From assembly GCA_027460535.1 (NCBI GenBank), contig JAPZAR010000011.1, positions 150,001 through 182,000 of the forward strand: DNA of 32,000 nucleotides, given 5' to 3'. Positions within the stretch are counted from its first letter, which is position 1; every line of letters begins with the position of its first letter. The notes under the pieces were generated by a model that worked only from the letters and a program-made list of their open reading frames with translations, searched no databases and was not told the DNA's origin. The stretch is from Candidatus Methanoperedens sp. (GTDB lineage: Archaea; Halobacteriota; Methanosarcinia; Methanosarcinales; Methanoperedenaceae). Shown one piece after another: positions 9,198 through 16,691 of this stretch. The position numbers and the translations under genes are program-made.

Positions 9198-10178
9198 ATG
9201 AACAAGGAATTGCTTCTCAACCGGGCAATCGCTATTTTGAACAAGGCTGGCTTCATTATTTCCGACCGTTGCGATATACGTCCCAGAAGTTTTGATATGG
9301 CAGCGAGGCGTGATAACCTTCTACTCTTAATAAAAGTGCTGTATAATATCGATGGCTTGAATGAAGAAACTGCTCAGGAGATGCTGTTCCTCTCGAAACA
9401 TTTGCGGGGAAATCCCCTGGTATTAGGTGAAAAAACCCGGGATCATTCCCTGGAGACCGGAGTGGCTTATTTCAGGTACGGGATCCCGGCTTTCGATATG
9501 AACACCCTGAACGATTATCTTATTCAGAATGTCCCGCCGCTGATTTATGCAGAACACGGGGGTTTATATGTTAAAATAGATGGGACAATTCTGAAGGAAG
9601 AACGCACCGGAAAAAATATTTCCCTCGGCGCCCTCGCTTCCTTGCTTGGTGTTTCAAGGAGAACTATTAGTAAATATGAAGAAGGGGAGATGTCGGCAAG
9701 TGTTGATGTTGCCCTCAGGCTCGAAGAAATACTTGACAGAGGGTTTGCCGTGGCTGTCGGCTTGTTTGATAAAGGTGATCTGCAGGAAACCCAGATTCCT
9801 GATACTTTAAAAGAGACTGTTAAAACAGAATCCTCAAATATCCTTTCCCTCCTTAAAGATATGGGATTTAATGTGTTGCCAATTTCGCAGGCACCCTTCG
9901 ATGCAGTATCCATCTCAACTAACCGAAGGGATGAAAATTCCACAATATTGACAGGCGTTGGCGAGTACACAAATACGATGGTAAAAAAAGCCCGCCTGAT
10001 GAGTAGCATATCTGAGGTCGCATGCACACAGTCGCTCCTTATAGTGCATGGTATAACTAAGATGAAAAATATCGAAAGGACAGTGCTCGTTGAGGATAAG
10101 GAGCTTAAAAAGTATAGTGATAAAGAGGATTTTATAGACCTTTTGCAGAGTCGAGGCCGGAGAATCGAAGTTTCATAA
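9198..10178 (+). CDS. Putative HTH-type (XRE-like) transcriptional regulator, MJ1164/MTH967 family
   Basis: The conserved family N-terminus begins at the internal Met (MNKELLLNRAIAILNKAGF..RC.IRPRSFD). HTH segment ISLGALASLLGVSRRTISKYEEGE. TTTATATA at 9167-9174, about 25 nt upstream of the ATG at 9198, suggests a leaderless transcript, so the ORF-track start at 9138 is rejected. Confidence 0.7.
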   Translation: MNKELLLNRAIAILNKAGFIISDRCDIRPRSFDMAARRDNLLLLIKVLYNIDGLNEETAQEMLFLSKHLRGNPLVLGEKTRDHSLETGVAYFRYGIPAFDMNTLNDYLIQNVPPLIYAEHGGLYVKIDGTILKEERTGKNISLGALASLLGVSRRTISKYEEGEMSASVDVALRLEEILDRGFAVAVGLFDKGDLQETQIPDTLKETVKTESSNILSLLKDMGFNVLPISQAPFDAVSISTNRRDENSTILTGVGEYTNTMVKKARLMSSISEVACTQSLLIVHGITKMKNIERTVLVEDKELKKYSDKEDFIDLLQSRGRRIEVS

Positions 10179-10252
10179 CGTGATCCAATATTCTCTCCCT
10201 CTTCTGTATTTTACATAATTAATGATCCTTTACCATATGTCAAGGTGTTCAA

Positions 10253-11545
10253 ATGGCAGAAAAAATTGACTGGTACGATGAGTTTGTGGATCTCAATTAC
10301 ACTCCGGCAAAAAATGAAGTGATCTGTTTATATTATTTTGAACCTGCGAAGGGTATCAGTGATGGTGAGGCCATAGGGAGAATTGCCTCCGAAAGTTCCG
10401 CCGGCACATGGACCACCCTCCATAAATTACCCGAAATGGTGGCAAGGATCAAGGCGCATGCTTTTGAATTGAGGGGGAGATATGTAAAAGTAGCATATCC
10501 ATTAGACTTATGGGAACCCGGGAATGCGCCGCAGCTGCTGAGCGGCATAGCGGGGAATATTTTCGGAATGAAAGCATTGCGAAATCTGAGATTGCTTGAT
10601 GCTTCCTTTCCAAAAGAATATATTGAACATTTCAAAGGGCCTGGATATGGCGTCGAGGGAATAAGAGCAAAACTGAAAATCAAAAAAAGACCGGTTACAG
10701 GTGCTGTGCCAAAGCCCAAAATAGGGTTCACTGCAAAAGAACATGCAGAAGTCGCTTTTGAAACATGGATGGGCGGATTTGATCTCGTAAAAGATGATGA
10801 GAACCTCACCTCACCTTCCTTTAACCGATTTGAGGATAGGGTAGAGCAGATGGCGAAATTGCGGGATAAAGTAGAAAAGCAAACCGGAGAAGAAAAGGAT
10901 GCCCTGTTGAACATCACAGGTGAAACAAAGGAGATGATCCGCAAAGCAAAATTACTTCACGACTACGGATTCAGGTTTGCCATGATCGATGTCGTTACCT
11001 GCGGCACGGCAGCGGTGCAGACACTCAGGCAGGAATGCGGCGATCTGGGTCTGGCGATTCATGCACACCGCGCTATGCATGCAGCTTTTGACCGGAATCC
11101 CAGGCATGGGATTTCCATGTATTTTTTGGCCAAGATAATGCGACTGATCGGTGTGGATGAAATTCATGTGGGTACTGCCATCGGTAAGTTGGTGGGCAGT
11201 AAAAAAGAGGTTTTGAGTATTGCGGATATGCTGCGTGCGTCCAGAACAGAGAATGTAAATGTTCTTGCACAGGACTGGGGCCCGATAAAAACCGTACTTC
11301 CCGTGTCTTCGGGAGGATTGCATCCTGGTCTAATCCCTGCGGTTATGAATCTTCTTGGAAATGATTGCACGCTTCTTGTGAGCGGCGGAATCCATGGGCA
11401 TCCCGAGGGGACACGCGCAGGTGCCAGAGCTGTGATGCAGGCAATAGATGCTGTAATGGAAGGCACAGAGTTGCAGGAATATGCCATAGCGCACAAGGAA
11501 TTGAAGCAAGCGATGGAAAAATGGGGTTATTTCAAGCCCAAGTAG
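10253..11545 (+). CDS. rbcL: Ribulose-1,5-bisphosphate carboxylase/oxygenase large subunit, archaeal form III
   Basis: 430 aa. Catalytic motifs are intact: GGFDLVKDDENL (carbamylated Lys region), IHAHRAMHAA and SGGIHGHPEG. No small subunit is adjacent. Confidence 0.9.
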   Translation: MAEKIDWYDEFVDLNYTPAKNEVICLYYFEPAKGISDGEAIGRIASESSAGTWTTLHKLPEMVARIKAHAFELRGRYVKVAYPLDLWEPGNAPQLLSGIAGNIFGMKALRNLRLLDASFPKEYIEHFKGPGYGVEGIRAKLKIKKRPVTGAVPKPKIGFTAKEHAEVAFETWMGGFDLVKDDENLTSPSFNRFEDRVEQMAKLRDKVEKQTGEEKDALLNITGETKEMIRKAKLLHDYGFRFAMIDVVTCGTAAVQTLRQECGDLGLAIHAHRAMHAAFDRNPRHGISMYFLAKIMRLIGVDEIHVGTAIGKLVGSKKEVLSIADMLRASRTENVNVLAQDWGPIKTVLPVSSGGLHPGLIPAVMNLLGNDCTLLVSGGIHGHPEGTRAGARAVMQAIDAVMEGTELQEYAIAHKELKQAMEKWGYFKPK

Positions 11546-11569
11546 GCTAAATGCCGCTTCATAGACAAC

Positions 11570-11577
11570 TTTTTTTT
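11570..11577 (+). terminator. Oligo-T tract (T8) downstream of rbcL, archaeal-type terminator signal
   Basis: A run of 8 T begins 25 nt after the rbcL stop codon. Confidence 0.45.
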
Positions 11578-11585
11578 AGAATAAG

Positions 11586-11801
11586 TTATCCTTTTACAGT
11601 ATAGATTTCATTGTACACCATGCACATCACTAGAGCGGCAGGAGGGGCCAGAAGAAAAGCAGCAATGAACGCCCCCAAAATGTCTCTCCCGAAAACAAAA
11701 TATTCGTTTAATAGGTCTGATAAGGAGAATATAAACATAAAAGAGATCACATATCCTAAATAATAATGCTTTCTGGGTATCCTTTTGTATTTTTCTCCCA
11801 T
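11586..11801 (-). CDS. Small membrane protein (2 TM), unknown function
   Basis: The ATG at 11801 follows the stop of the upstream gene (11804-11806) by 2 nt. Hydrophobic segments HYYLGYVISFMFIFSL and ILGAFIAAFLLAPPAALVMCMV. The ORF-track start at 11855 would overlap the upstream gene. Confidence 0.4.
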   Translation of the reverse strand: MGEKYKRIPRKHYYLGYVISFMFIFSLSDLLNEYFVFGRDILGAFIAAFLLAPPAALVMCMVYNEIYTVKG

Positions 11802-11803
11802 AA

Positions 11804-12208
11804 CTATTTTTTTATCTTTGCTCCAAAGACCTCCCCTTCTGCTATTTTTCGGCATGGACTATCTGCAAAATTGTTGAGCTCCCGCGGGAGAGCCTTTCTG
11901 TACGCGTAGGGCTTTAAGGTCGAATACCAGCTGTAAACAAATAGTATCACGCTGATTAATGCTAACATCTCAAAAATTTCAAAATATTTTTCTTCAAAAA
12001 ATTGCTGGACCATTAATAACGTGCCGAATGAAAAAACATAAATGCTGTTTTTCTTGAAAAAGAGATCATTAACAAATGTCTTAGGAACTAATTGATCTGG
12101 GTCGATGTCCTTCCATAGAAACCATATTTGAATGAATAAGAAAATGAAAATTAAATACGATGAAAAAATTACAAGTTCTATATATTTATAAATATTATAT
12201 TCATCCAT
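11804..12208 (-). CDS. Membrane protein, unknown function (AT-rich gene)
   Basis: About 134 aa from the ATG at 12208 (the ORF-track TTG is at 12214). Several hydrophobic helices. Very AT-rich codons. Confidence 0.4.
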   Translation of the reverse strand: MDEYNIYKYIELVIFSSYLIFIFLFIQIWFLWKDIDPDQLVPKTFVNDLFFKKNSIYVFSFGTLLMVQQFFEEKYFEIFEMLALISVILFVYSWYSTLKPYAYRKALPRELNNFADSPCRKIAEGEVFGAKIKK

Positions 12209-12543
12209 TTCCAACCACTTCCTACCTTATTATTCTAATGATGATTTGGTGTAATAAAGATTTCGGAACATATGTTTGTTGCTTAATATAACGCTAAGAA
12301 AAGTTGTTGGATTGCCTTTTAATTACCAGGGAAGGACAAAACTGAAATGAGCGCTCCAAGAAAGTCTTATGTCAAATTCTTTAATAAGGTTATATCGACC
12401 TGATAAAATAAAACGTGGATAAACTCTGATGAATGCTGATAATCACACCCGCCATTATTTGCGTACATTGGCGACTAAATATTGCGAAAAATTATGAGCT
12501 TTGTTATAGACGAGATATTGGGAATAAAATATGAAAATATGGC

Positions 12544-14358
12544 TCAAACTGTTGATTCTTTTTGCACAGGAACTTTTTTCTCTGTCCCCCTTCCTTTCTT
12601 AATTTTCTCTCCTGTTTCCTCTTCTATAATATTTTCATCGATTGCTTTGGGGGCCTCTTTAACCGGCTTTTTCATTTCATTGCCTTTTCTTTTGGTTAAG
12701 ATTTTTGTTCCCTTTTCCATGTCTTCAACGGCAACTTCAGGTTCTTTTTTAACAAGCTTTCTCTTGCTCACTTTTTTCCGCGGTGTTCCATCCAACACCG
12801 TTATTTCATCTTCCAAACTTACCCCTTTTTCCTGGATTGCCGGTTTGAATTCTGAGCGTGTAACTGGTTTCTTTGAACCAGGGGTCATGGCAATTAGTGA
12901 CACTCCGGATTGCGGCTCAGGGGTTTTAGGCGCCTTTGATTCGGGGGTCTTGGCCATTAATGGCACTCCGGGTTGCGGCTCGGGGGTTTTAGGTGCCTTT
13001 GAATCAGGGGTCTTGGCAATTAATGACACTCCGGGTTGCGGCTCGGGGTTCTTAGGTGCCTTTGATTCGGAGCTCTTGGCAATTAATGACGCTCCGGATT
13101 GCGGCTTTGGGGTTTTAGGTGCCTTTGATTCGGGATTCTTGGCCATTAATGACACTCCGGATTGCGGCTTTGGGGTTTTAGGGGCCTTTGATTCGGAGCT
13201 CTTGGCAATTAATGATACTCCGGGTTGCACCTTTGGGGTTTTAGGGGCCTTTGATTCGGAGCTCTTGGCAATTAATGACACTCCGGGTTGCAGCTTTGGG
13301 GTTTTAGGTGCCTTTGATTCGGAGCTCTTGGCAATTAATGATACTCCGGATTGCGGCTTTGGGGTTTTAGGTGCCTTTGATTCAGGAGTCTTGGCCATTA
13401 ATGACACTCCGGGTTGCAGCTTTGGGGTTTTAGGTGCCTTTGATTCAGGAGTCTTGGCCATTAATGACACTCCGGGTTGCACCTTTGGGGCTTTAGGTGC
13501 CTTTGAATCAGGGGTCTTGGCAATTAATGACACTACGGGTTGCACCTTTGGGGTATTAGGTGCCTTTGATTCGGGGGTCTTGGCGATTACTGACACCTCA
13601 CGAACTACCGGTTGCGGCTCAGGGTTTTTAGGAGCCTTTGATTCGGGATTCTTGGCAACTAATGACCCTTCACGAACTCCGGGTTGCGGCTCTGCGGTTT
13701 TAACCGGGGCCTTTGGTCCAGGGTTTTTGGCAATTAATGACACTACGGGTTGTGGCTCTGCGGTTTTAGATGCCTTTGATTCGAGATTCTTGGCGATTAA
13801 TGACACTCCGGGTTGCGACTCTGGGGTTTTAGGTGCCTTTGATTCAGGGTTCTCGGCGATTAATGACACTCCGGGTTGCGGCTCTGGGGTTTTAACCAGG
13901 ACCTTTGATTCAGGGTTCTTGGTGATTAATGACCCTTCACGAACTACCGGTTGCAGCTCCGGGGTTTTAGGTGCCTTTAATTCGGGGTTCCTGGCGATTA
14001 ATGACCCTTCACGAACTCCGGGTTGCACCTCGGGGTTTTTAGGTGCCTTCAATTCGGGGTTCTCCACAATTCTTCCTTCCTCCCCTGTTTTCATCACAGA
14101 GGGTGTTGGTTTTGCGGAAGGGATTGTTTCATTTTTTTCCTGAGGAATGGCATCCTGTGTTGCCATTTGAAATCTCGCAGGCTTGAACTCATCTTTTGTT
14201 ATGTCCGCAATTCTGGAAACATCTAAAGCATGCTCTTTTTTCAATTGGTGATTGTTCCTTGATTTTCTAATTCTGATTAAGAGAAAAAGCCCAATTATGA
14301 TCAGAATTGCAATGCCTAACAAAATCAAGGGGTATCTTGAGAGTAAATCAATGGCCAT
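12544..14358 (-). CDS. N-terminally membrane-anchored Lys/Pro/Ser-rich tandem-repeat protein (predicted disordered), unknown function
   Basis: 604 aa. ATG at 14358 preceded by AGGAG. N-terminal TM helix PLILLGIAILIIIGLFLLI followed by RIRKSRNN. About 19 repeats with consensus TPESKAPKTPKxQPGVSLIAK, then a K/E-rich tail. The opposite-strand ORF lacks an SD and starts at TTG. Confidence 0.6.
   Translation of the reverse strand: MAIDLLSRYPLILLGIAILIIIGLFLLIRIRKSRNNHQLKKEHALDVSRIADITKDEFKPARFQMATQDAIPQEKNETIPSAKPTPSVMKTGEEGRIVENPELKAPKNPEVQPGVREGSLIARNPELKAPKTPELQPVVREGSLITKNPESKVLVKTPEPQPGVSLIAENPESKAPKTPESQPGVSLIAKNLESKASKTAEPQPVVSLIAKNPGPKAPVKTAEPQPGVREGSLVAKNPESKAPKNPEPQPVVREVSVIAKTPESKAPNTPKVQPVVSLIAKTPDSKAPKAPKVQPGVSLMAKTPESKAPKTPKLQPGVSLMAKTPESKAPKTPKPQSGVSLIAKSSESKAPKTPKLQPGVSLIAKSSESKAPKTPKVQPGVSLIAKSSESKAPKTPKPQSGVSLMAKNPESKAPKTPKPQSGASLIAKSSESKAPKNPEPQPGVSLIAKTPDSKAPKTPEPQPGVPLMAKTPESKAPKTPEPQSGVSLIAMTPGSKKPVTRSEFKPAIQEKGVSLEDEITVLDGTPRKKVSKRKLVKKEPEVAVEDMEKGTKILTKRKGNEMKKPVKEAPKAIDENIIEEETGEKIKKGRGTEKKVPVQKESTV
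12881..14065. repeat. Tandem direct repeat array, 63-bp unit (some 66-72-bp variants), about 19 copies, in-frame within the CDS
   Basis: Adjacent central units are near-identical: 13201-13263 versus 13264-13326 differ at 3 of 63 positions. Units near the 14-kb end are more diverged and carry 9-bp insertions (REG in the protein). Confidence 0.9.
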
Positions 14359-14425
14359 AATATCTCCTAAACCTTATTTAATATTAATATTATAATACTT
14401 AACTTTTTTGTTTGTCGTGACCTTT

Positions 14426-14805
14426 TTATCTTATTCCGCCTTTCTTCACGCTTTCATGAGGAAACACTTTTTCATCCCCCGGGCGCCAGGCGATATCCAC
14501 GATGCACATGAATATCAATCCGATTCGCCGGTATTCCGGATATACTTTCTTAATCCCGGCGGGATGCAAACTGCTTGGCCGGGATGTACATTTGCAGATT
14601 CTTCGTTGATACGCATTATGCCTTCCCCCTTCAGGATATAATACACCTCTGAATTTTTCAGGCTATGCTGCCGGGCAGCCCGACCCGGATTTACGACTGC
14701 ATGGGCCAATCTATAAAGGATGGCCAGGTCTTCCTTATCAGGATGAAAAAGTTTACGAATATGGGAATCATCTCCCCCGGTACAACCTGGAGCATACCAG
14801 CCCAA
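14426..14805 (-). pseudogene. Cupin-domain protein interrupted by a 1-nt frameshift
   Basis: The 96-aa ORF (TTG start at 14805) ends at a TGA at 14515-14517 right after ...IRNTGESD. The frame starting at 14518 continues LIFMCIVDIAWRPGDEKVFPHESVKKGGIR to a TAA at 14426-14428. This is the expected cupin C-terminal strand pattern. Confidence 0.6.
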
Positions 14806-14854
14806 CCGAAAACAATAATACCACGCTCTTATATCCTATATTTGAGGTTCAATA

Positions 14855-15001
14855 ATGGCATTTGAAAAATGTAATTTCTGCTCAGGAGATAAATGCACTG
14901 CCGCGGACCTGGAACCCTGCGACTTCCATGGAGATAATTTCAAGGAGTGCCTGCGCTATCGCCTTCATTTCATAAGACCCCAGGTCATGCAGCTCCGCTA
15001 G
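14855..15001 (+). CDS. Candidate small Cys-rich protein (48 aa), unknown function
   Basis: ATG at 14855 preceded by TGAGGT with a 7-nt spacer. Sequence MAFEKCNFCSGDKCTAADLEPCDFHGDNFKECLRY... has 5 Cys. Below the ORF-track cutoff. The 3' end overlaps the fprA 3' end by 17 nt. Confidence 0.3.
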   Translation: MAFEKCNFCSGDKCTAADLEPCDFHGDNFKECLRYRLHFIRPQVMQLR

Positions 15002-16190
15002 AGACCATCTGGGCCAATTTTTTTCCAAGCGCTTGGCAGTTTGCCAGATCAGTCCCATCTGGTCTGAAATTCACTTCGAGCGACTCCACGGGCTCGTATC
15101 CCGATACCTTTAATTTTTCATTTATTGCTCTCACCGCGCCCCCCGCCCACCCATAAGAACCAAAGCTTGCCCAGAGCTTGTCCTTTGGACGCAGGCCCAT
15201 AAGATACGTTAAAAATCCCCCAACTGTAGGGAACATGCCGTTATTCAACGTGGGTGAACCTATAATAATCGCTTTTGCCTCGAGCACTTCCTTCACTATT
15301 TCACTCCATTCATTCCTGCGCAGGTGAAAAAGCGATACCTCAATTCCAGAGTCTGACACTCCTTTCAGGATTTCATTTGCCATTATCTCGGTACTGTTCC
15401 ACATGGTGTCATAGATCACCAGGACCTTCTTTTTTGATGTGCCGCTTGCCCAATTTATATAAGCTTTGACTATTTTATCAGGGTTTTTCCATATCATGCC
15501 GTGGGATGGAGCGATCATTTTTATCTCGATACCCAGTTTTTGGATTTCCTCGAGTTTTTTAAGAATTATCCCACCGAAAGGCATCAGGATATTGGCGTAA
15601 TACTTAGCAGCCTCCTCAATTACCGTATCGCACTCATACCCAATAAGACTGCACACTTCCTCATCAAATCTGAACGAAGTGGCAAGATGCTGCCCAAAAC
15701 CATCATTTGACAGGAGTATCTTATCTTCCTTCAGATAGGTGAACATACTGTCTGGCCAGTGAAGCATCGGCGCGCCAATGAAGAAAAGGGTTTTTTTGCC
15801 GAGCTTGAGTTCATCACCAGTTCTGACGGTTCTGAATTTCCAGTTACCTGCGTAATGTCTCTTAAGCCCTTCTTTTCCTTTTTCCGTCGAGATTAACTCT
15901 GCATTGGCTGCCAGTTCCATGATCTCAGGCAGCGAACCCGAATGATCCATTTCTACATGATTGGAGATCACATAATCGATCTTTGACGGGTCTACTATCT
16001 CCTTTATCCTGTCGATCATCTCCCCTGCAAAACCTTTTTTTACAGTATCCACAAGAGCGATTTTTTCGTCAACGATCAGATATGCGTTGTACGTTCCTCC
16101 ACGCGGCGTGGTGTACCCATGGAAATCCCGCAGGTTCCAATCTACAACACCGACCCAGTAGACTCCATTTGTCAATTCGATTCTTGTCAT
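14985..16190 (-). CDS. fprA: Flavodiiron protein FprA (F420H2 oxidase-type; metallo-beta-lactamase plus flavodoxin domains)
   Basis: The ATG at 16190 (MTRIELTNGVYWVG) is preceded by GGGAGG; the TTG at 16208 in the ORF track is rejected. Di-iron motif ISNHVEMDHSGS. C-terminal flavodoxin-like segment KVLVIYDTMWNSTE. Confidence 0.85.
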   Translation of the reverse strand: MTRIELTNGVYWVGVVDWNLRDFHGYTTPRGGTYNAYLIVDEKIALVDTVKKGFAGEMIDRIKEIVDPSKIDYVISNHVEMDHSGSLPEIMELAANAELISTEKGKEGLKRHYAGNWKFRTVRTGDELKLGKKTLFFIGAPMLHWPDSMFTYLKEDKILLSNDGFGQHLATSFRFDEEVCSLIGYECDTVIEEAAKYYANILMPFGGIILKKLEEIQKLGIEIKMIAPSHGMIWKNPDKIVKAYINWASGTSKKKVLVIYDTMWNSTEIMANEILKGVSDSGIEVSLFHLRRNEWSEIVKEVLEAKAIIIGSPTLNNGMFPTVGGFLTYLMGLRPKDKLWASFGSYGWAGGAVRAINEKLKVSGYEPVESLEVNFRPDGTDLANCQALGKKLAQMVSSGAA

Positions 16191-16289
16191 TTTTAACCTC
16201 CCTGACAATAGTTATTTAACCCAATGGAATTAAAAACTATTGGTAATATGAACCGTTAAGAATGAAGTCATTTACCAAGTGGAGGACAT

Positions 16290-16445
16290 ATGATAAAATA
16301 TCGATGCACCGTCTGCGGATATATCTATGACCCGGAAATAGGGGACGCACCTCGAATCAAACCCGGTACAGCTTTTGAAGACTTGCCGGATGATTGGGTA
16401 TGCCCCCAGTGCGGCGTAGGCAAAGACATGTTTGAAAAAATTTAA
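16290..16445 (+). CDS. Rubredoxin
   Basis: 51-aa ORF not in the ORF track: [51 protein letters not shown]. It has both CxxCG knuckles and the conserved DDW. GGAGG lies 5-9 nt upstream of the ATG. Confidence 0.9.
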   Translation: MIKYRCTVCGYIYDPEIGDAPRIKPGTAFEDLPDDWVCPQCGVGKDMFEKI

Positions 16446-16691
16446 CGGAGGCAAATATGTTCAGTGTGTGTTATGTTGGTTTTGGATATCAGGTGACCGG
16501 AAATGTGCGAATATGTACTTCGGAAAAGTGTTCAAGGGGATAGGGAAGAACCTGCATGCCATTCAATGAACGGGAGGGTTAAATAATCGGTAGATTTATT
16601 AAAGAAAAAAGTGTGTTGGCAGACAATTGGGAAAATACCTATATAGTTCTAACTCCAATAGTTCGTATAATCACGAATAAACGAGGACAAT

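Noticed and set aside
12230-12450. UGAUGA / CUGA box-like strings suggesting a C/D box sRNA in the 330-nt spacer
   Set aside because: The box spacing does not fit the C-D'-C'-D architecture: the boxes are either about 100 nt apart or only 3 nt apart. In AT-rich sequence such short motifs are expected by chance.
12881-14065. Possible CRISPR array (regular short repeats)
   Set aside because: The units are contiguous 63-bp tandem copies with no unique spacers. They are in-frame inside a long ORF, and there are no cas genes or leader nearby.
12482-14143. 553-aa plus-strand ORF (GVLGAFDSGVLAINDTPGCGS repeats) covering the tandem-repeat array
   Set aside because: It mirrors the minus-strand repeat gene. 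The repeat unit happens to lack stop codons in the antisense frame, so both strands stay open. The plus ORF starts at TTG with no SD and has no anchor or terminal domains. The minus ORF has ATG, AGGAG, a TM anchor and a distinct tail. The strand call still needs expression data.
16272-16454. 60-aa minus-strand ORF from the ORF track
   Set aside because: It is antisense to a perfect rubredoxin gene (16290-16445, plus strand), starts at TTG, and has no recognisable features.
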